Positions 13,245-22,123 of a stretch of 39,416 nucleotides of DNA are shown one piece after another. Each line of letters opens with the position of its first letter. Position 1 is the stretch's first letter. The position numbers and the translations under genes are program-made. The DNA is taken from assembly GCA_965649825.1 (NCBI GenBank), contig OZ287702.1, positions 571,270 to 610,685 of the forward strand, written 5' to 3'. The DNA is from Penicillus capitatus (Eukaryota; Plantae; Chlorophyta). A model generated the notes under the pieces. The model was not told the origin of the DNA. It made no database searches and saw only the letters and a list, made by a program, of their open reading frames with translations.

Positions 13245-13909
13245 CGTCGATCGCGTTATTATCGATCGCGTTATCGAGAGACTTCTTCACAGACTTTACA
13301 AAAGAGTGTTAATCGTAACGATAAGATCTTGAAGTTGACTCTCAATATTCTGGACCGCAACTTGAAGAGCATTGTTATCCTGTCGAAGTTTGTTAATGCC
13401 GTCTTCACTGCCTTTTAATGCCATTAACTTTGCTTCCGGGTTCTCCGTTCTACTTAGCGCCTCTTTTGCATCTTCGACTTCCTTATCTGCGTCAGAGAAA
13501 ATATCCGAGCTTCCCTCCTTATAGACCGTCGAGAGTCTATTGTCAACCGCGACAGAACCTTGACCTCTCTTTGTTACAATGCAGCGGTGCTATAAAGACG
13601 CATTTAACGAATGATTCTCACCTCGGTTGCCCATGTTTCTTGCTACATCAAAAATTCGGTATGTGATTCGACCGAGAGGAAACCCTTTTCCAGCTCCACG
13701 CCACTTATCCAAGAGAGCCCAAATTTCGCGACACTTCAAAATATCGTCTGTCAGTTCGGCGATATCGTCACGCGCTCTGCTTCCCATGTTTTCGAACAGG
13801 AGAACGAAAGTCGAACGCGAAATGCAGGAACTCAATAATGCGCGCGATTAGATAGTTACCGACGCGAAATCGATGACTGCGTGCGCGTCGATCGCGTTAT
13901 TATCGATCG
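13245..13909. repeat. Pair of perfect 24-bp direct repeats (13245-13268 and 13886-13909) bracketing the small gene at 13296-13787
   Basis: cgtcgatcgcgttattatcgatcg is read identically at both positions. Confidence 0.9.
13296..13787 (-). CDS. Small (~145 aa) hypothetical protein with C-terminal coiled coil; two exons (gene A, paralog of 18983-19467)
   Basis: Exon 1 reads MGSRARDDIAELTDDILKCREIWALLDKWRGAGKGFPLGRITYRIFDV. A GTGAGA donor opens a probable in-frame intron that contains the TAG at 13590; its acceptor is uncertain. Exon 2 reads ...RLSTVYKEGSSDIF...LKGSEDGINKLRQDNNALQVAVQNIESQLQDLIVTINTLL*. It aligns end to end with gene B. Confidence 0.75.
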
Positions 13910-14370
13910 GGCGACGTCGATTTCGTTTTTATCGATGCCGTAGAATGTGACGTTCGCTTGATCGTTCGAGGCGGTCGATGATCGATCGTTTCTGTGATTC
14001 TTCTTGTATGCGATCCCAAGATGCGATGGTAGTCTGCGCTAGTGCAATTTTTGCTAAATCGATCGCGATGTTACTTTCGCTCAAGCCGACACCGTCTGAG
14101 CATGCCGTGCTCTTCAACAACGACCATCTCAACGTCAGAGTTTACATTAATATGACTGAGGCATGTACTACCCTCCCCGTTTGTTCACTCTGACGTCAGA
14201 CGAAGTACGAACACCCATCATTAGAAAAGATCCCCGTCGAACTTCTTTAGAACAGGATGTGCTTTTGGGTTTAATGATCTCTATCTAGACCAGTAACAAG
14301 TGTACTCTTGCTTTTAGTCCCCTCGGAATTCTTCAGATGTCCGTTTGCTATTGAATGACTGCATTTTGGG

Positions 14371-15120
14371 CTAAGTTCCTTTACGTTTCTCCCAATTCTG
14401 CAAGCTCTGATCGAGCTTCCCGATAACCTCTCCCACCACGTCGTAGTCTCGAACAGGGTACGGAGACATCAGTCTCTCCTCCTCTTTTGCGACATTCTCT
14501 GAAGGAAGCTGTCCGTCTTGCTGTGAGCGCGAATCGAGCAGATCGGCTCGAAGCCGACTGTTAACGGTCACGTTTAGCAAACCCATTGGATACCCAGCCA
14601 GACCGGCCAGGAAGACCGCTGCGGCCGTGCTGCGCAGACGTGGCATCATTCCGGGACCGCCCACTGCAGGCAATTCTCACTCGATCACACACATCGTCCG
14701 TATGCAGGCGCACCTGAAAATCCGAACACCGATCCACAGGCCCAGGCACCCATCACAGTGTTCCATGGATCCTCTGTATTGCGAGCGTAAGCAGAAAGAG
14801 CCTCGACCCCAAAGTACAGCGCCCCCATCCATCCGCACCACAGTCCCCCTCGCAGCGTCGAGTTCAGGATGCGAATCTGCACACATCGCTCGCGTCGAGG
14901 ACGACAATCCCTGTCGCAGAGCACCGCGAACCAGTTGTCGCGTCTTTATCTCGCCGAGGAATCTGGCCTTTTCTGCCTTGGAATATCCAGAAGGAATGGA
15001 TGGAGCTGGCGCTTTGCGCTCCTTCCACCACTGCATGATTCCGCCGAAAGTCAGGCCGCCCGCCATGACGAAGACAGTATTTGTTCCAAACTGTTTCAGC
15101 TCCACTGGCGCCTCCGGCAT
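14371..15120 (-). CDS. Tim17/Tim22/Tim23 (PRAT) family membrane protein, probably TIMMDC1-like; three exons
   Basis: Three ORF frames join through a 55-nt GTTCGC..TGCAG intron and a GTGCGC..TGCAG intron. The product reads ...GGLTFGG...RQL|IRILNSTLRGGLWCGWMGALYFGVEALSAYARNTEDPWNTVMGAWACGSVFG...RSTAAAVFLAGLAGYPMG. It has four Gly-rich hydrophobic segments and an R-x-x-x-D-x-x-N motif typical of the family. The subfamily call is from recollection of the plant homologue, not from a search. Confidence 0.8.
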
Positions 15121-15475
15121 CTGATCACCAGTTCACCTTTACCATGCCTTCTGTTGAGCCAAGGGAGAGGTGCGTACGTTCGGGTCGCCGTACTCCGCTT
15201 TGGAGAAGGCATACGAGAATAGATCGCGCAGTCGCGTATACGGCGTTTCGCGTATCGCATCGTCCGTCGAGCGCTGTTCGTCGGTCGTCGCCATCGCCGC
15301 CGAGATGCGTTCTGCGAAGATGGGTTAATCAAGCAATTGCTAAGAAATGCAGCAGTCCCTCTTGCCGAGGCACGATCACAGAGTTCAAAGTAACTAAGAG
15401 TACAGAACAATAGAAACAAAGAGACCTCAAAGAGAAAGAAGTTTGAATGATTCGGGCTCGGGGGAATCGTGATCT

Positions 15476-16723
15476 TTAACAGATCGGATGGGATCGTGGG
15501 ACATCTCTGCTGCGAACAGCTTCCCTGACGATCCGATCCAATCGTTCAAAAATGTGAGAGATCGCGATGGCGAACACTGCAGCGTGTTCCCGATTTCTAC
15601 GGCGCACATCCACAGTCACAATAGAACAAAGGAAGGGAGAAGAGAGTGAGCGACCTGATGAACCTTCAACGGCCTTGTAAGACGAATGCGTGCTCAGTTG
15701 GTTCAGAGGCTTCTCTAAAGATGTCCAGCGAATGTCGTGGACAGGTTCAACGACTGGGAAGCATTGCTGATGGCTTTCTTGTCTTGTATTGGTCACATCA
15801 GACAAATTAGTGTTCGATTGTGTAGGAGGCTTCTCTAAAGATGTCCAGCGGATGTCGTGGACAGGTTCAACGACTGGGACGCATTTCTGTCGTTCTTGTC
15901 TCATCTTTTTACTTGATGGTGTCCGACGGACCCATCCATTTGCCGTCGGCAAACAACGAGATGTGGTTTCGGATGATTTGTTTTCTTGGCATGGAATTGG
16001 CACAGGTTCCGGATTCGCTGCGCCGGGTACTGTGGCCGTGAACCAGCGCTTTGAATCGGGCGAGCGTCGACGACTCTGTTGATTGCTGTAGTGCCTTGGA
16101 GGATCTTTCTTTACATTTTCGGAGCACGGTACATGTTCTCGAAAGCCAGATCGACAATCCGCCCGTCCGGATTTGCCCGTCTCCTACAGCACACCGCTAT
16201 GACATGCACGAGAGAGTGGTTGGAAGCCCAATACTGCTGGAGGTGCCCGCGGCTCGTCTGGACGGATACTATCACATTTAAGCACGACTGGAACCGGTGT
16301 GCGGTCCTCTCCGTCGTATCCGGAGATTGTGGAGGTCAGAGGACTGCGGTAGAAGGTGTTGAGATTGTTGAATTCACTAGAACGTCGTTTGCTTGTGGAC
16401 GATAGGGTAGGTTGACTAAGGCGTTGCAATTTCGGCGACGGACGGACGCCGTTGGACACCACGCTTCTTCGTCGCAGTCCTCGTAGAGGCTCCGAAGTTA
16501 TTCGACCGTCGATTTCGCTCATCCGTATATATGAAAACGAAGGTCGGGAGGCCTCAGAGGAAAGAATGTCAGATATCGCTCTGCTGGTGGCGCATGTGTC
16601 TTCGTACAAGGACTCGGCAGTTCTCATCGGCTTATTATTTCGGCCGCGGCTGATGCGAAAAACAGCCATAACGGCGCAAAACAATACACAAACGACCGAT
16701 GGAACAATCGCCACATTCTGCAT
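15476..16723 (-). CDS. Hypothetical protein (~400 aa) with N-terminal hydrophobic anchor, largely Ser/Arg-rich and disordered; probable 51-nt intron
   Basis: ORFs 16184-16723 and 15476-16003 lie in the same frame, which is open between them except for a TAG ending a GTATTG..CTGTAG intron candidate. The N-terminus reads VAIVPSVVCVLFCAVMAVF. Confidence 0.5.
15706..15885. repeat. 60-bp direct repeat with 120-bp period (15706-15765 and 15826-15885)
   Basis: gaggcttctctaaagatgtccagcg(a/g)atgtcgtggacaggttcaacgactggga(a/c)gcatt has 2 mismatches between copies. It encodes PVVEPVHDIRWTSLEKP twice on the minus strand. Confidence 0.92.
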
Positions 16724-18714
16724 TGTCTCAAAATGATCCGAGGGCGATGGAACATCTCGAACATACCCCGGAGCACAACCAGTGCTTTTCCTTTACAGAA
16801 TCTCCGACAGACAAGCAGATGGTCGTGCCCTAGCAGGTCAACGCGCCGCCGGTGTCTCGTCTGGAGAATTGCGTAGGTCTAGAGGTGGTATTTCTCGGGG
16901 CTTCGCTTGCCTGAGTTATCTGCTCTGTTGATCTGCGTCGATCAGCAGCAGCAATCGGGTTCTTCTCTGGATCGCTGTCCTTCACGGAAGTATGCAAAAA
17001 ACAAAGTCATCGTTGTCCGACAGTTTCCCATCAGCACGACCAGACGAAAACACACGCTTCGTTTTCTCGAGAATGGATATCAGACGCGGATGAGATCGAA
17101 AAGGACGTCAACGGCGCTAGACTACCGTTCAGATGTGGCCTCGTTCAGCGGTACTGTCTGCTCGATCGAGTGGTTGGAGATCGACATCTGCATGATTCTT
17201 CAACTCCTGCGACGCCTCGATGTGGCCATAGACGTTGGCCATCCACCTACAAAGTGGATAGCTAATCTCCTCTTGTTCGCATCCGCATCGGCGCCGTCGT
17301 CTATCCTTAAGAGTTGCTTGATGGTGCCGCCTAGAGAATCCATGAAATGGGATGGAGCGGACTGAAATACTATTCTGATGGGACTGTGGATCTGAGATAG
17401 AAGCGATTCGTGTTTGTGGTTGACGACAAGCCCTTACTTGAGCGACAGTTCTATGCGGATTGATCAGTTCGCCTTGTTTGCAGCTTCGTATAGAGCCAGA
17501 GATTTAGATCGATCACCTTGTTTACTATTACCCTATCCTCCAACAACGAACAGTGCTTGTATAAATAAGTCTCGTTGCCGTTTTCCTTATGATAGCAGAT
17601 GAGTATCACAATGCCGTCCTCTATAGAACGCGGACAGCCAAAATGGTGTCATACCTATCACCTGCGCTGTGCTTATTTGGATCGACGACATCTGAGTTTA
17701 CGTATTTACGTACAACACTTCGTCGATAGTTGACAATGCCGTCGAAAACCGTAGGCCCTGCTGACGAACGAGCAACACATGATTTGAGACATCATAAAGC
17801 GGACACCGATTTTCCAGCGAACTTCGAGTCGATCGATCGATGGACGTGACTGACTCGACATCGGTGAATCCAATCGATCGATCGGCGTCAATCGAAATGG
17901 CAATCTAATCGATCGATCCCTTATTTGTCATTTTCGATTAGTTCGGGTGCTTTCGATAACGAAAAGAACAAAACAAGCCTTTACTTTTTGGGTAGTCCGT
18001 GCATTATCTGTTTCTATGAGTTGACAGACACCTGTGTAGCAAGACAGTTCTTCAGATGGTCAGCAAACGCTGCATTTGATTTCCAGAGCTTCGTATCCCT
18101 TCTTGATCTCGTGATTGGATCATGCATGTTTTGCGAATTCCTTCGCCCTCGAGAATGACTGTCGAGGCAGATCACTGACGAAACAATTGATGAGAACCGG
18201 ACAACGACGAACCAGTAAATCAGGCCTTCTGTTATCCTGTTCTTAGGCTCAACGCAAAGCATGCTCTGTTATGGCATGGAGATGAAACCTCGCATCGGAC
18301 AGCATGTAAAGAGCAAATAAACTCTACATATTCGTTAAACAACTCATTAGCAGTCAACCTAAGCACTCACGATTCGAAATCTTGATCTTGCAAACAGTTA
18401 GATGAATACTGGCACTCTTTTTGATGCAATTCTCGCTGTGATCGAGAACGACAGCAGAGAAATGGCATAGCGCTATGCTATTACGATACGTACAAGTCAT
18501 CGAGAAAGTAACTTAGATCACTAACCAAAAAATAGTTCAACGTAGATAGCCAGCACAAGTACCAAGCGATCAATCTTATTGCTTCCCCTCTTCTTCTCTA
18601 CGGTTGGCAACAAGAATCCGTCGATTCCACTTGCAACATCGATCCATCTGCAGTTCTCTGTGTTATTGGCGAGGCAGGCGTCTGCATCTGACAGGGTCAT
18701 AGAAACCGGTTTGG

Positions 18715-18848
18715 CACGGGTCATGCGGGGTGGAGGGTGCTCGAAACCGGTTGTCCGGCATGTTCGGAGTGGCTGCATGGAGGATGTGAAGACACAACCG
18801 ATGGGGGCCTGATGCTGAATCCTTCACACGAGTTCACGAGTACCCGGT
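18715..18848. repeat. Diverged copy of the ~125-bp sequence also found at 19613-19735, with segment order permuted
   Basis: gagggtgctcgaaaccggttgtccggcatgttcggagtggctgc matches gagggtgttcaaaactggttgtccgacatgttcggaatggttgc, and tgaatccttcacacgagttcacgagtac matches tgaatcctccgcaagagttcacgagcac. Confidence 0.8.
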
Positions 18849-18982
18849 CCTTGAGGCCTGTTCACTTGTCAAGATGCGCGAGGATGATCCATTATCCGTA
18901 CCCTAGTTCTCCTCGATCGCTGAATCGACGATGGCGTGCTTCGATCGCTTATAGAGACTTCTTTAAACAGATCTGTCCGTCT

Positions 18983-19467
18983 TTACTTAAGAGATGCAAT
19001 ATTCGCTAAGAATCCTTGCAGTTGCGTTTCAATAGAATCCACATCCTTTTTTAGTTTTCTGTACTCTTCTTCCAGTATCTTGACACCATCCACATAGCCT
19101 TTGAGAACCGCCAACTTTGCGGGCTGATTCTGCAGCGTATTTTCGGCATCGGCGATTGTCTTCGAAATGACGCGGAAAATATCCGTGCTCTGTTCGTGGT
19201 AATAGACTGAAAGGCGTCGGACTGCGTCTGAGGGTTCTTCGTCGTCTTCTGTGAGTGAAAGCTGGCGTTAAATATGCTCGGCGAAGTACTCTTACTTTGT
19301 GCGCGTGCTTCGGTCGTCACAACACGAATACGATGTGCTACTTGACCGATTGTAAACCCCTTCGTGCGGCCTATCCACTTGTCGAACAGAGCATTCATGT
19401 CTCGGCATCTCAATATGTCCTGCGTCAGTTCCTTGATGTCGTCTTCTGCGCGGTTGTTCATACTCAT
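18983..19467 (-). CDS. Small (145 aa) hypothetical protein with C-terminal coiled coil; two coding exons (gene B)
   Basis: Exon 1 reads MSMNNRAEDDIKELTQDILRCRDMNALFDKWIGRTKGFTIGQVAHRIRVV. A 47-nt GTAAGA..TCACAG intron (19249-19295) shifts the frame into ...RLSVYYHEQSTDIF...LKGYVDGVKILEEEYRKLKKDVDSIETQLQGFLANIASLK*. A poly-T-CAG acceptor directly before the ATG suggests an upstream intron. Confidence 0.8.
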
Positions 19468-19579
19468 CTGAAAAAAAAAACCAGAAACGCGAACACAGAA
19501 GTATCGACAACTCAGTTTCGCGCGAATAAACACGAAGTCGCGTCACCCAAGTCGTCGCGTCACCCAAGTCGTCGCGACC

Positions 19580-19764
19580 TCGCCGACGACTTTAGATGCC
19601 GAACACAGAGATGAATCCTCCGCAAGAGTTCACGAGCACGGGCCACGGGGGGTAGAGGGTGTTCAAAACTGGTTGTCCGACATGTTCGGAATGGTTGCCG
19701 GAGGATGTTGAGACGCAGCCGGTCGTCGGCAAGGTGCGTGTTCGGCCTCCAAAGTCGTCGGCGA
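19580..19764. mobile_element. MITE-like 185-bp element with 27-bp terminal inverted repeats
   Basis: 19580-19606 (tcgccgacgactttagatgccgaacac) matches the reverse complement of 19738-19764 (tcgccgacgactttggaggccgaacac) at 25/27 positions. No target-site duplication was identified. Confidence 0.5.
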
Positions 19765-19789
19765 TTGCGCAACGTCGATTGCGGTAACG

Positions 19790-21340
19790 ATCGCCGCCGA
19801 TGCAGTCACCTGAAGGAAGTTGATGATAATCTGCAACAGACCCACGTCATCATCATCGAAAACTGTCGTTGGCGACATGCCTTGAATATTTCGACAACGT
19901 GCCCTTTCGCCAAGGCAGGATCTTTTGTGTTCGATGTCGAGCCAGGAACGGAAACGGGTAAACTCCTCTGGGAGATGTCAGCCGACATTTGTCGATCAGG
20001 CCTCATTTCTGTCAGTTGGCAGCTGGCCGTCGTATTCGTTGTGCGTTTCTTCGATGATCGCAGACGAATGTTGTTTCGCCTGCTCACGTGTTGCACAAAA
20101 CTCCGTTGTGGTAGTCTTTTGTTCAGATTGCTTCGGATAACGAAGCCCGACAAAAAAAAGCAGAACGCCCACAGAGAGGACAAGCAAGACAGCCGTTTCT
20201 GGATCGTCTTGGCATTTACGGCAATTGTTGTATTGCGTTCTCCCGTACCCCGAATCGCAAGATCCACACAGAACGTCTTTGTATCCCTGTTGCAACACAT
20301 GTCGTTCTTGTAGACAGAGGGCGAAAGCATACCTTCCTGCATTGGGCTTGGGAGTATTCCTTGTCCAAGAGCTCATCGAAATCGCAGTCGTTGAGGCTTT
20401 GCGTCAACGCACTCAATGTGTCCTCTCTTTCATCGAAATCGCAAGCTTTTCGCGATATACAGCGCTGAATATGTTTCGAACACGGCGTCCGATGCCAGTG
20501 ACCTCTTCTCGGAAGAATGACGTTTGTCGTGCAGTCTCCGTTTTCAGGGCAGGATGCACATTCGGTGGCATTGGGTTCGAAATTGTATTGAGATCCGCTG
20601 CAAGGGAGACAGAGCGCTCCGTCATCTTAGACGAACTCCCCGATTCGGCAGCTTCGCACATCGACGTCGATCGTGAAGTGTCGCAGGTAAGGTTCACTGA
20701 AATCGATGAGAATTCGGTAAGATCCCGGCAATTGAAGTCCCGAGATAGGCGGAAATCCATTCCGCTGCTGATCTAATGACGTGGTTATACTTCCGGAGAA
20801 AAAACCGTCCGGAGAGTGCATGGTTGCTTGCACATACTCGTCTCCTGAGCCGATCGGCGATCCTTGATCATACCCGTCCAGAGGCTCGAGTAATATCGCC
20901 GGAAGTGCGTCGCCGCTTTTGTGGTTTCTCGCAAAAAGTCGATTTTTCTCGATCGGCTTCATCCGACTCTTTTCATTGCTATCCATTGTCAATCCATGGA
21001 CTGTCTTGATACAGGAAGCGACGGCTGGACCGTAGCGTCCGGCCCGATTTCTTGTCCACGCCGGACAGATATCTTGGGCAAATGTTAACGCGTTCAATTA
21101 CAGAAGAGCGTCGCTGTCGTCTTCTCTGAAACATGAGTAACGCAGGACTCTATAGTCACGCGTAAAGATCGCTCCTCCGGACTTGTTGGCATTGTTGTTC
21201 AGGAAACTGCTTCCCGTCATCGCCATAGAGTGTAAGACGAATGTTTAGTGAAAGCGAATCGATGAAACATGCATCGCGGCAACACAACAGGAGAAGTCGA
21301 CGTCGACGCAGTCTATCATGTAGAGTGAGACATCGATCAC
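19790..21340 (-). pseudogene. Truncated pseudogene of the beta-helix/Cys-rich/multi-TM receptor family
   Basis: It is colinear with the intact paralogs (FLNNNANKSGGAIF; CPAWTRNRAGRYGP; CRIGEFV*DDGALCLPC; CPENGDC; LCGSCDSGYG; IIINFLQV). In-frame TAA codons occur at 21098-21100 and 20627-20629, there is a frameshift at the A8 run at 20152-20159, and a GC donor at 19880. The multi-TM C-terminus and most of the N-terminal beta-helix are absent. Confidence 0.85.
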
Positions 21341-22123
21341 ACGCGAAAGATTGCATTTACGCAAGTGTATAGAGAGAACTTGAGTTACGGACGTTACCTT
21401 TAGAATCCTAGCATCTCCCGGCTATCCAATCGTATCGTAAATTCTGCTGTCCGTTTAGATGTATTCTCTGAACGATTGCTGGATTCCTCCCGACACTGAG
21501 GGTGCTCTTGAAGACTAGCGACAAGGCGACTCTTAGCGATAACAGGATGTTTCTAAGGCGTGACGTGTTGTGCCCTGAGCGAAGGGTCCTAGAAAATCTA
21601 CTAAAAGACTGCTGTATCGAGAAATGGAAGCTAATGTGACAAGAGTGCATTTTATATCATATCCCTTGTAAGAACGCCATGACACGATTCCTATCTATTG
21701 TCTGAAAATAACATGCAACGTGCTTGAGTTTCAATCGAGAAGCTAAAAGTGAAAAGAAATCGATCGTGTGGACGACGAGTTGTGGGAAAACACCACGAGA
21801 GAAACAAGTTTGCTGCCGCCCACACAATCCTAGACAAACGGGAATGACAAACACGACGATCGTTTGAGATTTAGAAAAAAAAAACACTGGAACTGGGCCA
21901 GACAAAGCTGACATGCAAATGTGTCGCCTAGCCCTAATGTTAGTTAATGATATGATGGATATCCTCATAGTACAAGAAAAAGATTACTTGAAACTTGGAA
22001 CGTAATGAATGAGGCATGTTTGTTCTTGCTTCCCCGACCTGTTCTTGAATTCTATGAACTGCCTTTGTCGGCAGCGACTGTTAAAGTGGACAGCGACTGC
22101 TAAGCACGATGCTCGATCGTGAC

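Noticed and set aside
16907-17365. 152-aa plus-strand ORF
   Set aside because: It has a non-ATG start, no recognisable motif, and no supporting splice or paralog evidence on either strand.
18841-18858. tacccggtccttgaggc resembling the 40-mer variant taccctccttgaggc
   Set aside because: A 15-nt gapped match is too short to distinguish from chance by eye.
18737-19009. Plus-strand ORF with CPACSEWLHGGC, resembling a PHD half-finger
   Set aside because: The second copy at ~19670 has an indel that destroys the H-x-x-C part, the remaining Cys ligands are missing, and the ORF overlaps gene B's 3' end antisense.
20627-21100. In-frame TAA codons as a sign of a TAR=Gln genetic code (known in some ulvophytes)
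   Set aside because: The neighbouring 999-, 586- and 496-aa exons contain many Gln codons with no TAA/TAG. The same locus also has a frameshift and truncations, so pseudogenisation is simpler.
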